NCBI RefSeq assembly: GCF_006345805.1
Contig: NC_042999.1
Span: 170,810,001 to 170,874,000 of the forward strand
Length of the DNA stretch: 64,000 nucleotides
Origin: Octopus sinensis
Lineage: Eukaryota
Direction: 5' to 3'
The notes below the pieces were generated by a model. That model saw nothing but the letters and a program-made list of their open reading frames with translations, had not been told where the DNA came from and searched no databases. Positions 13,003-24,196 of this stretch are shown here, in pieces. The stretch's first letter is position 1, and each line of letters begins with the position of its first letter. The translations under genes were made by a program, and so were the position numbers.

Positions 13003-13552
13003 TATTATGCCAACATTATGGAATAACAACAGAAAATAGATGGTATAGGCACACACCAGAAAAGGTCACAGAAAAGGAGAAAGCAACCATACTCTGGGAT
13101 ATGCCGATACACACAGATAGAGAAATTAAGGCCAACAGACCAGATATAGTTGTCGGAGATCATGAAGAAAAAAATGCTTTCTAATTGATGTATCAATACC
13201 GGCAGATGACAACGTATCTCTAAAAGAAATGGAGAAACTCTCAAAATACAAAGACCTGGAAATAGAGGTAACTAGAACGTGGAATCTGAAAACAGAAACT
13301 ATTCCTATCATAGTAGGTGCATTAGGCATGATAAAAAAATATTCAGACAAATACATAACAAAAACACCAGGACTTACAAACACATATAACATACAGAAAA
13401 TTGCACTACTAGGCACTGCACACATCCTACGCAGAACACTTTCCATACAATAACCATCAGATCATCACAACAAATCACAGCACATACCCAAGGCACACAG
13501 AGCTGCGCTCGGTAGTGAAGTGAAATCACGCTATAAAAATAAAACTACTGAA
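13001..13552 (+). mobile_element. Family A copy A4 (about 550-bp 3' end)
   Basis: Endonuclease C-terminus plus 3' UTR; a 1-bp A-run deletion relative to the intact copy. Confidence 0.92.
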
Positions 13553-13570
13553 TAATAATAATAATAATAA

Positions 13571-14300
13571 GATTGAAACAGTGGACCACCTAATCTCTGG
13601 ATGTCAAGTCTTAGCACCAGTGGAGTATAAATTAAGACATGACAGAGTTGGCCAATATCTACACTGGCTAATAAGTCGGCATTACAATATCAAAACTGCC
13701 GACAAGTGGTACAATCACCACCCTGAGGCTGTAACTGAATGAGAAAATGTAACTATTCTGTGGGACTTTCCAGTATATACAGACCTAACCATCAAAGCCA
13801 ATAAACCAGATATTGTTGTGATAGACCAAAACAATAAAGTTTGCTTATTGATCGACATGAGCATCCCCTGTGATCATAATATCTCAGCGAAAGAGTTTGA
13901 CAAGCTCAGAAAATATAAAGACCTCCTCATTGAAATTGAGAAAATGTGGCATCTCAAGGCGGTTACAATACCAGTGATCGTAGGAGCACTAGGAATGATC
14001 AAGAAGGGAACCGAAAATTATATGAGAATGACCCCTGGCTTACCATCCCTGCAAGAAGTGCAAAAGATTGTCTTAACTGGTACATTACACGTATTGAGAA
14101 GAGCATTGTCGATGTGAGAACTGTTGCTGCTCATGTATTTTAATTTAACTTAAAAAAAAAAAAAAAAAAAATGAACGAACTATTGAGTTTGGTTTAATGG
14201 CCTACCAATGTATACTATGAGTTTCTTTGCCCTAGGAGTCGGGAAGACACTCGGCAAGAAATGGAAGCAAATTTGAAAGAAGAAAAAAATAAAAAATAAT
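13571..14300 (+). mobile_element. R4/Dong-like family B, copy B1 (3' end)
   Basis: Translates IETVDHLISGC...RHDRVG...ILWDFP...KPDIVV...IDMSIP...EFDKL.KY...IPVIVGALG...RRALSM* with one in-frame stop; its 3' UTR differs from family A; it follows (AAT)n. Confidence 0.9.
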
Positions 14301-14850
14301 GCCCTGATGCAGTACAAGGCAGTGGCTCTCATGACTTCTCATCTTAACTGATTGGAAGTGTTATCATGTACATTGTTTTGTCTTGGTATAAAAGATGGGC
14401 TACAGCAAATATTCTGCTTAATACCACAGATTTGCTTGTCAGTTGTTTGACCTTAACCAGTTGAGCATGTCTCTTAGTGGCTGACGATATGTGTATCTCT
14501 GATCAGGAGCAGACGTAGTAGGGGAGTATCATAGCCATGTGTTGAGAGGGATTCTTTGGGGTTTGAATAATTCACCTCTGGAAACATGGATGTTTCGTTC
14601 AGCATCCTTTAACCTTATTCAGGGACCTTTTGAGCGGGATGGGTTACTCGACCAGAAGAAAACTCTAACTGGGCCTCACTTGCAAGGTCATATGCTGTTT
14701 ATCTTGATATGAAATCACCATGTCACGCACATATGGTTGTGATGCATGTACATAGTGTACCCTTATCAGACGTGTAATCATGATGGGTATACTGGGCTTC
14801 GTATATTTTACCGCATGTCACTTTGATGGCATGCACTGCTCTCTCACTCA
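14301..14850 (+). mobile_element. Unclassified non-coding interspersed repeat with (AAT)n tail, copy 1
   Basis: About 550 bp with no ORF, ending CTCTCTCACTC-(AAT)n; a second diverged copy lies at 24197-25140. Confidence 0.75.
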
Positions 14851-14859
14851 ATAATAATA

Positions 14860-14925
<66 letters not shown>

Positions 14926-14934
14926 GTTATAGAC

Positions 14935-15140
14935 TTTTATTTCTGGTTTAGGATTATGGCCAGATGTTTTGAATGGAAGGTGCGAGTCGATGCCATCGAA
15001 CCCAGTACTTGACTGTTACATTATTTTCTCATCCTCTACATGACGAAATTCAGAGTTGTCCTTGGTAGAATTTGAACTTACAATTTACAGAACCGGAATT
15101 AATACTGTAATCTACTTTGTTCTGTAGCGTTAGAATTTTC
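14935..15140 (-). mobile_element. Degenerate copy of the tRNA-derived SINE seen at 9392-9570
   Basis: Shares GTCGATGCCATCGAACCCAGTACTTGACTG and AGAATTTGAACT blocks with that family. Confidence 0.5.
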
Positions 15141-16179
15141 TTAATGTAAGAGAATATTGTCAATGATGACGATGATGATGATGATATTGACATGATAAAA
15201 ATATTGGCATGACGATGATGATGGTAAAAGTCACAAGGAATATTCAGTTATGTCATATGAACAAAAAGAAATTGCTCTATTTACTTAAGGCGGTTTTTAA
15301 TCCCCTCTAATCAATGTAATATTTTCCTATTCGTGTATTATTTTGCTTTTTCCTTAATGCTATTTCTACTAGAAAATCGTTTTTCTCCTCTATCACCTTA
15401 ACACCCACCCATCCACAAACACACATACATATACATACATACACATGCATTTTATACATATATGCATAGAAGCATACATTCATATACACGCGCGCACACA
15501 CGCATACGCACACACCCACACATTTCTGCTCATCCGTTTATTTTCCTTCTTTCCATCATTCGCCATCGTCGATTCTGCATTATTTTGTTAGTTTATCATT
15601 AGCATTCGCAGCAGGAAATCATGAGCATTATTAATCCTTATTTTATGTCTTTCTTTCAGTGAATAAGAGCAATGTAACTTTCGTGAATATATCACCGTGC
15701 CAAATGTCAAACAAATTACTGTATGTATCCTATTATCGCACCGAATAAATTAATATGTCTTTATTATTTGGAAAATATTCAAAGGCTGTATTACCTGGAA
15801 TGACAGAAATTGGAAATTGCCACGCTTTGTAATTACACCTGACAATGATTGCTTCTTAGACAAAATTTTAGTTCCCTTTTCTTTTCTAATATGTTTTATG
15901 TAATAAGCACTCTAAACGAAGCACAAAGCAATGCATGTATGTCTAAGGAATTGTTTCGTGACTGCACTACTCAAAAAAGAAATTTCACTACGATACGGTA
16001 CATCTGGTAAACGACATTTACCATAGGGCAGAAATGACATAATTTAAGTTCACTTTACAAGGACGTTATTACAAGTACAGCCCGAACTCTTTCTACTATG
16101 TCTTGTAACTGGAAGAGTGTGGTAGATGAGAAAATCATTGAACTTCTCTTATATGTACGTAAGCATGTATGTATGTATA

Positions 16180-16872
16180 TTATTATTCAGTTTATTTCAA
16201 GATTCCTTACCAATAGAGAAAGAGCCGGTTTCTAACCTAGATCCAAGGCTCCTTCATTGGAATTTCAACATCAACAATAGGGTATGTATGTATGTATGTA
16301 TGTATGTATGCATGCATGCATGCTTGTATGTATGTATGTATGTATGTATGTATGTATGTATGTATGTATGTGGAGATTTGTATGTTTTGCTTTATGTGTC
16401 TATGCATATAATTGCATATATATTTAAGTGATGAACTTCTGGTAACTTTTACAGATTTTGACAATTCCAGTGATGATTTGGATCTGTAGCCTTCGAATCA
16501 GTTTTCTCCTTTCTGGTTTTGAGAAGCTGATTTCTCAAGACTGGTATTTAGACAGTGGGTTGCATATCCCAGGACCCTAATAATTACAGGTATAAACTTG
16601 AACTTGTAATCTAGATAGAGTAACTGCAAATTTCTCCATTGTTCACGTAGGTATTCTCTTTTTCACTGATCTTCAGTATTATGGCAATATCTGCTGGGTA
16701 GCTAATTTCCACAACTGTACACAGTTTCTCTTCTCTATACCAAATCATTATATCAGGTCTGTTGTGCTTACATTTTATTGAGGCCTTCACTGGGACATTC
16801 CTGTTTATTATGAGTACTCCTTTTTAATATGAGTGGCTATGGATTCTATCATACTGGGGATTCTTATTTCTT
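16180..16872 (-). mobile_element. Restriction-like-endonuclease non-LTR retrotransposon 3' fragment (family E) within (TACA)n
   Basis: The minus strand translates NVPVKASIKCKHNRPDIMIWYREEKLCTVVEIS.PAD....EKE..Y...IPVII..LGY...KICKSYQKF* with frameshifts; (TATG)n flanks both sides on the + strand. Confidence 0.8.
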
Positions 16873-17156
16873 TGTCATCGGGGTTTTCTTTCTATGTATG
16901 TATGTTGTATGTATGTGTGTATGTATGTATGTATGTATGTATGCATGGAAGCATGCATGCATGTATGTGTGTATATATGTATGTATATATGTATGTATAT
17001 ATGTATGTATATATGCATGCATGTATGTATTATCTTCCTACCTATCTATCAATCTATCTATCTATCTCTGTCTGTGTGTCTATCTGTCATTCTCTCTCTT
17101 TCTCTATCTATCTATGCACACACAAACACACAAACACACGCACACATACATACACA

Positions 17157-17201
<45 letters not shown>

Positions 17202-19389
17202 GAGAAGGAATTAGAAGTGATACACACACATACACACGTGTGTGTATGTGTGTATGTGCGCGTTTGTGTTCAATGTATCTGATGCAGTGAAATGTGTGCA
17301 TTATGTTTATGTCACACGGTTTTACATCAGGTGTTGTTTTGTTTTCTTCCGCATAAGTTAGCGCGTTTGCAAACTGAAACAATTGAATGAGTACCATACT
17401 AACAAGTAAGTACTGTAGTAGAGATATTCGACTAAAGCTTTCACGGCGCTGCGCCATGAAGTCTGCAGTCCAATGACCAAAATAAATAAAAGAGAATTAA
17501 TAGGAATGGAAATATCTCTTTGGACTGAACATTTATTCTGTGGGGATAATTTAGTTTATGGAACCACCACTGAAGCTTTTATGCATCGACGAGAGAATAA
17601 AAAACGAAACACCAGTGATTTTAGAAATAAATTCATTGCGATATTGATTCTGCATAGAATTTCTAATATACCATTGACACAACACAGGCAGACACGCAAA
17701 GAACAAGTGAATGACTCATTGGAAACGTTGGAGACTATCATTTGGCAATTGCAATCTTACAAAAATATAACATAGTCCGACCAAGATATAAATTTCAATT
17801 CTTGATGTATCTAAAAACTGCATTCGCAACACCAACATAGTTGTAAATATATAATGAAATATATAGATAACTTTTCTTGCCTGTGCAATAATATACTTTG
17901 TGAACCTCGTAGATATCAATAAAAAAAATTAATATTCATTCAATTTAATATAGCCAAATATATCGGAACATAACACACGTGACACTCTCTTATTATCTTA
18001 CGTCAGTATAATATTTGGACAAAATATATATCGATATTTCTTTTCCTTTCAATTAGAGGGAATAAAAGTAGTTTCAAAATTGCTTTTTCATTTTAAATCT
18101 GTTAAATAAAATTCTTTTCTCTATTTTGCAATAGTGAACCTGCCAGTAGATATAGAAGCAGTAAGTGCAACTAAATTTTTAATTAATTAATTAGTCAATT
18201 GATTGATTTGGCAAACTCTTTCAACATACATCTATGATTATCTTTGGCAATTTTCCCGCCACCCTCTTTTCTGCTGATTCGTCCCTGTTATTTCTGTTTC
18301 AGAATTTGTATATGTGTATTCCTAGGTGCGTGATTTTTCGCTGTTAAGAACTAATGTCTGTGTGTGCACGTATATTTACATAGGCACTTTGTTTTCTTTC
18401 CATAATACAAAAAACACATACACTCCCATACAAAAATACATACCCTTTTCGTTGGTGTATTTATTGCTGTTGTTGTTTATTGGTTTATTGTTATGCCAAC
18501 TGGAAAGAAAACACGGCTTTGCTGTTTGTGCTTATTTCCATGATTTTGTGGTAACATATTCTTTACCTTGCTATCGAGCGCTGGCGCGCAATTTCTTATA
18601 TCTACAGGCATTTACATATACATTCTTTTACTTGTTCACGTACGTTTTTATGCACACGAACATCAATACGTCCATACATTAAGGGATATGGATGAATATG
18701 CTGTTGGTACAAGCATGAATATGACACTGAAGGATGACATAATAGGTTTAAATAGGTTTAACGAACAAAGTACATATTCAGAAGAGTGTGCAGTCAAAAG
18801 TTTTTATCGCCGAAGCGGGAGCCAAATTGTTTATGGTATAACATAAACAGTAACCATATAAACGGTACAGAACTATTGTATCATATTCCCGCTAAGTAGA
18901 TCAATATATCCTTTATGATTAAAACATCATAAGTTATACAGAATAGAGAACTTTGAAGAACTTTCAACACCTAGCAAATTCCGTTCATACAAAATCTAGG
19001 TGAACCATCCATGACTACACATTCATGAATCCTCACTAAATAATGCCAGAGTAGGTACTGAACAATAGCTACAAGATTTAGTCAGCAAAATCCGTTCTTA
19101 TTATTGAAACTCGATATCAAATAAGTTAGTGGTCCACCCAAGTCCTGCTGCGTCACATCCTCATGATTCTGGGTGATTCCAAGTGTATTACGCGTGTCTA
19201 AATCTAGCGTATTGAAAAAGAGTGCATTGATTTCAGGTAAGTAATGCACGGAATATTGATGAAAAGGATGCAGAAGCTACCAAGTAAGGGTTCGAAACGT
19301 ACATTCTTTAAATACACAATTGGCATATACCTCATATTTTGGAACATATTCTGGGATGGATTAGCAGGATAATCATAATAATAATAATA

Positions 19390-19437
<48 letters not shown>

Positions 19438-21480
19438 GATCAACTAATGATTAATAAAGCCGTAACTGAAGACAGCCACAGAAAGAAGAAAGGCCTCAGT
19501 ATGGCCTGGATTGACTACAAAAAGGCGTTTTATAGCATCCCCCACACATGGATCCTCGAAACACTAGCCATTAACAAAGTAGCACCAACAATCATAAAAT
19601 TCATAGAGCACTCTATGAATAAATGGCAAACAGTCCTACACCTCCAAACAAAAGAGGGACTCATGAAAACCAAAGACATCCCCATTAGAAGAGGAATATT
19701 CCAGGGAGACACGCTCTCTCCACTCCTTTTCTGCTTGGCACTGTCACCTCTATCTGATATGCTAAATAGAACTGGATGCGGATATAAATGTTACGGCAAA
19801 ACGATCAGCCACCTTTTATATATGGATGACCTAAAACTATACGCTGCAAATGACAAACAGCTGGAAACACTATTAAAGACAGTTCATGGATTTACCAAAG
19901 AAATAGATATGAAATTTGGATTAGAAAAATGCGCCAAAGTAACCATGAAAAGAGGAAAACTAGTTAAGAGTAACAACATCACACTAGATAAAACCAATGA
20001 AATAAAAGAATTAGACCAAAGCCAAACTTACAAATACTTAGGAATCCATGAACTAGATAAGACACAACACACACAAATGAAAGAGAAAATAAAAAAAGAA
20101 TATTATAGACGAGTTAGATCAATACTAAAAACAGAGCTCAATGCTAAAAACAAGATAATAGATATCAACACTTTAGCTGTCCCAGTTATAAGTTACAGCT
20201 ACAATATCCTTAACTGGACACGAAATGAACTGTCCAAAATAGATAGGAAAACAAGAAAAATACTGACAGGATCTAGGATGCATCACCCAAAATCTGACAT
20301 AGTAAGACTATATATACAACGTATAGAAGGTGGTAGAGGCCTTATACAGCTGGAAAACTACTATAAAATAACCACCATAGGACTGCAAAAATACCTACTT
20401 CAGAAGGAAGGAAAACTGATCCAGATAGCAGCAAAACACGAGCAAAACAAACAACTGTTCTCAGTATTTAAGAAAGCTGACAAATACAAACAAGAAATCA
20501 TACCACCTAATAAACACGAAGAAGAAGAAGAAGATGATGAAGAAACAACAAAAGCTATAAAACAAATGAAATCCAAACTAAAAATAGAACAGCAACGAGC
20601 CATGATAAAACGATGGCAAGAAAAGCCCTTTCATGGTAAATACTGGACTAAACTAAACGCAAAAGAAATAGACAAAGAAAAATCCCAGCAATGGTTGAGA
20701 AGCTCAGGACTCAAAGCAGAAACAGAGGGATTTTTAATTGCAGCACAAGACCAAAGCCTCCCCACCAGAAATTACCAAAAACATGTAATGAAAAGAAATA
20801 TAACAGGTAACTGCAGAATATGTGGAGATGGACAAGAAACAATAAATCATATTATCTCTAGCTGCCCAGTCCTGGCTAAGAAGGAATATATTCACAGACA
20901 TGACAGAGTTGGAACCTACATACATTGGAAGCTATGCCAACATTATGGAATAACAACAGAAAAAAGATGGTATAGGCACACACCAGAAAAGGTCACAGAA
21001 AACGAGAAAGCAACCATACTCTGGGATATGCCGATACACAGAGATAGAGAAATTAAGGCCAACAGACCAGATATAGTTGTCAGAGATCATGAAGAAAAAA
21101 AATGCTTTCTAATTGATGTATCAATACCGGCAGATGACAACGTGTCTCTAAAAGAAATGGAGAAACTCTCAAAATACAAAGACCTGGAAATAGAGGTAAC
21201 TAGAATGTGGAACCTGAAAACAGAAACAATTCCTATCATAGTAGGTGCATTAGGCATGATAAAAAAATATTCAGACAAATACATAACAAAAACACCAGGA
21301 CTTACAAACACATATAGCATACAGAAAATTGCACTACTAGGCACTGCACACATCCTACGCAGAACACTTTCCATACAATAACCATCAGAGCATCACAACA
21401 AATCACAGCACATACCCAAGGCACACAGAGCTGCGCTCGGTAGTGAAGTGAAAGCACGCTATAAAAATAAAACTACTGAA
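19438..21480 (+). mobile_element. Family A copy A5: 5'-truncated R4/Dong-like element of about 2 kb
   Basis: Begins directly after (AAT)n and ends AAATAAAACTACTGAA-(TAA)n. The RT + CCHC + RLE layout fits the R4 clade (Dong), which is known to insert into TAA repeats. Confidence 0.93.
19447..21381 (+). CDS. Truncated RT / zinc-knuckle / restriction-like endonuclease ORF (644 aa)
   Basis: RT motifs WIDYKKAF, GIFQGDTLSPLLF and YMDDLKLY; C-x2-C-x7-H-x4-C knuckle; RHD; RPD..D and EK...KY endonuclease motifs. No internal stops, but the RT N-terminal part is missing, so it is not autonomous. Confidence 0.85.
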   Translation: MINKAVTEDSHRKKKGLSMAWIDYKKAFYSIPHTWILETLAINKVAPTIIKFIEHSMNKWQTVLHLQTKEGLMKTKDIPIRRGIFQGDTLSPLLFCLALSPLSDMLNRTGCGYKCYGKTISHLLYMDDLKLYAANDKQLETLLKTVHGFTKEIDMKFGLEKCAKVTMKRGKLVKSNNITLDKTNEIKELDQSQTYKYLGIHELDKTQHTQMKEKIKKEYYRRVRSILKTELNAKNKIIDINTLAVPVISYSYNILNWTRNELSKIDRKTRKILTGSRMHHPKSDIVRLYIQRIEGGRGLIQLENYYKITTIGLQKYLLQKEGKLIQIAAKHEQNKQLFSVFKKADKYKQEIIPPNKHEEEEEDDEETTKAIKQMKSKLKIEQQRAMIKRWQEKPFHGKYWTKLNAKEIDKEKSQQWLRSSGLKAETEGFLIAAQDQSLPTRNYQKHVMKRNITGNCRICGDGQETINHIISSCPVLAKKEYIHRHDRVGTYIHWKLCQHYGITTEKRWYRHTPEKVTENEKATILWDMPIHRDREIKANRPDIVVRDHEEKKCFLIDVSIPADDNVSLKEMEKLSKYKDLEIEVTRMWNLKTETIPIIVGALGMIKKYSDKYITKTPGLTNTYSIQKIALLGTAHILRRTLSIQ

Positions 21481-21497
21481 TAATAATAATAATAATG

Positions 21498-21554
<57 letters not shown>

Positions 21555-21568
21555 TAATAATAATAATA

Positions 21569-21620
<52 letters not shown>

Positions 21621-21622
<2 letters not shown>

Positions 21623-22334
21623 GACCACAATAGACCACCTAATCTCAGGGTGTAGAGTCTTAGCACCTGCAGAATATAAAGCAAGACATGACAGAGTCGG
21701 CCAGTAGTTACATTGGACTATATGTCAGTATTATAATATCAAAACCGCTGACAAATGGTATAAATACCATCTTGAAGCTGTGACTGAGGGAGAAAATGTG
21801 TCGATTCTCTGGGACTTCCCCGTACAGACCGACAAGACTATAAAAGCTAATAAACCGGATATTATTATAAAACATCAGAGAAAAAATATGTGTTTATTAA
21901 TTGACATGTGTATCCCTTGCGATCACAATATAGCGGCGAAAGAATTTGACAAGATTAGTAACTATAAAGACCTGCTAATAGAAATTGAAAAAATGTGGCA
22001 TCTCAAGGCGACTACAGTACCAGTGATTGTAGGATCTCTAGGAATGATAAAAAAAAGTACTGAAACCTATTTGAAAATGATTCCAGGCTTACCATCCCTA
22101 CAGGAAGTGCAAAAAATCGTATTAACTGGAACGGCTCATGTACTGAGAAGAGCATTATCGCTGTGAAAACAACATCCATCCATGAATTTATTTATTTATT
22201 AATTTTTAAATACATATTTATCTGTGAATTTGCGCGTGTAATCTGGGAATGCATACAATGAGCTTCTCTGCCCTAGGTGTATGGAAAACACTCGGCGAGA
22301 AACGGAAGAAAATTTGAAGAAAGAAGGAAAAAAC

Positions 22335-22335
<1 letters not shown>
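21621..22335 (+). mobile_element. Family B copy B2 (3' end)
   Basis: TIDHLISGC...RHDRVGQ*...ILWDFP...KPDIII...RRALSL*; the 3' UTR block CCCTAGG..GAA.ACACTCGGC.AGAAA is shared with B1; (AAT)n tail. Confidence 0.9.
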
Positions 22336-22385
<50 letters not shown>

Positions 22386-22651
22386 TAATAATAATAATAA
22401 TCATTATAGTAATAACAACAGCAGCAGCAGCAAGAGCGATAATGCCATCTCCTCTCCCTCCTCCTCCTTCGCCTCCTTTTCCTTTTTTCTTCCCCCTCCT
22501 CCATCCCCGACTTCCTCCCCACTGCATTCTCCTCTCTACCATCCACTCTCCATTTCGCCCATGTCCTCTCCCTCCTCCTCTCCCGCACCTTCAGCCAATC
22601 ACGTGCTGAATTCAAAAATTCAACGATGTAGACAGTATATATATATATATT

Positions 22652-22684
<33 letters not shown>

Positions 22685-22797
22685 AAATTTATAATGATAT
22701 GGGTGAAAATTTGAATATTAATGTGATTAATATCAATTTAAAACCAGTAGTCTAGCATATTGAAAAATCTGAAGATTCAGAAAAAAATTATATTACA

Positions 22798-22837
<40 letters not shown>

Positions 22838-22840
22838 CAC

Positions 22841-24143
22841 TGGGAAAGAAAGACTAGGTAGTGGGAAAGACAAGCAACAACATAAGAGACACATGTCAGA
22901 CCAAACACGAACCGAAAGGAAAAAATAATAATAGCGTTACCAATAAGGAAGGGACAACTGGCACCAACGACTTAAGTGATTTAAGTGAGGAAGATCAGCA
23001 GATTTTAGATGAGTTGCTGGTAGTAATGAGTAAAGAAGTAAGAAAAAGATTGCCAGCATTAAAAAACATCAATGGAAGGAAGCTACAAGAAATGGCTAGG
23101 AAAGTAGATTCTGTTATCAGTAAGACAGATACTAAAATAGAGAAGACATTAACTTCTTAATCTATGCAAGAGGGGAAGTAGTCACCAGAAGATTAGATGC
23201 CCCACGGGGAAAGATTAAAAAAGAGCAAATGTGGAAAAGGAGATTACAAAATAAAGTGAAGACTTTAAGACAAAATCTGAGTAGAATAGAAGCCTGGAAA
23301 AGAAACAAGTTAGAAAGCACAAGATGCAAATCTTCCTTCGGATAAAGATACTTAGTCAAAGAGAAAGGATTTGGGACAATAATAGACGAGTTAAAACAGC
23401 GTATCATAGCAGTAGCAGGCAAGCTCTCCAGATATCAGAAAAGAATAGATCGGTATCAACAGAATAGGTTATTTGAGACAGACTAGAGGATATTTTATAA
23501 CCAAATAAATAATGAAGAACGAAGTACTGAAGATGAGAAAACTAATGCAGAAGAAGCTAGAAAGTTCTGGAGTAATATTTGAGATAAGCCAGTCAATCAT
23601 AATGGAGATGCGGTATGGTTAAAGAAAATGGGGGAAGAAGTAGTGAGTGAGAAACAGTGAGATCTAAGAAGAACAGAAAGGTTGTAGGAACAAGCCTAGA
23701 GGAAGGCATGATCTCTTATATACAGACAAAGCAGTTCTGAATGAAGTAAAATCTAGAAAGAAAAATCTAATAGCATGGGTAGATTACAAGATAAATTATG
23801 ACATGATCCCACACTCATGGATAAGTGAATGTTTGATTATGTTCAGTATAGCAGACAGCATAAAAGAATTAATTAGCTTTAGCAAAAAGAAACGGAAAGT
23901 AGATACTCAGATGACACACTCTTAGGGAAAGTTAATATCAAAAGAGGAATTTTCCATGGGAATTCGTTGTCCCCTTTAATATTTGTCTTATGTTTGATCT
24001 CACTCAGTATAGTATTGAGGAAGGCAAAGATAGGGTATCAGTTCAGAAATAGAAATGGAAAAATTAACCATGCATGATATGAAGCTTTTTAATAAGAATG
24101 AAAAAGAGATAGGTTCCTTAATACAAACTGTAAGACTCTTCAT
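22841..24143 (+). mobile_element. Degenerate R4-clade element (family C): N-terminal region plus partial RT
   Basis: LKQRIIAVAGKLSRYQKRIDRYQQNRLFE, FWSNI, WVDYK..YDMIPHSWI and GIF.G.SLSPL motifs, broken by stops and a large internal deletion. Confidence 0.8.
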
Positions 24144-24196
24144 CAACAACAACAACAAAAAGAACAATAACAACAATAATAATATTAATATCTTAT

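Noticed and set aside
10618-13552. Repeats separated by spacers, superficially array-like
   Set aside because: Not CRISPR: the repeats are 250-1150 bp retrotransposon ends and the spacers are microsatellites.
14480-14540. CTGACGA in the AAT-tailed repeat as a possible hammerhead core
   Set aside because: No GAAA or helix III downstream in either copy.
19530-21374. Antisense ORFs over family A copies
   Set aside because: Shadow frames of the retrotransposon ORF; they recur only because the element recurs.
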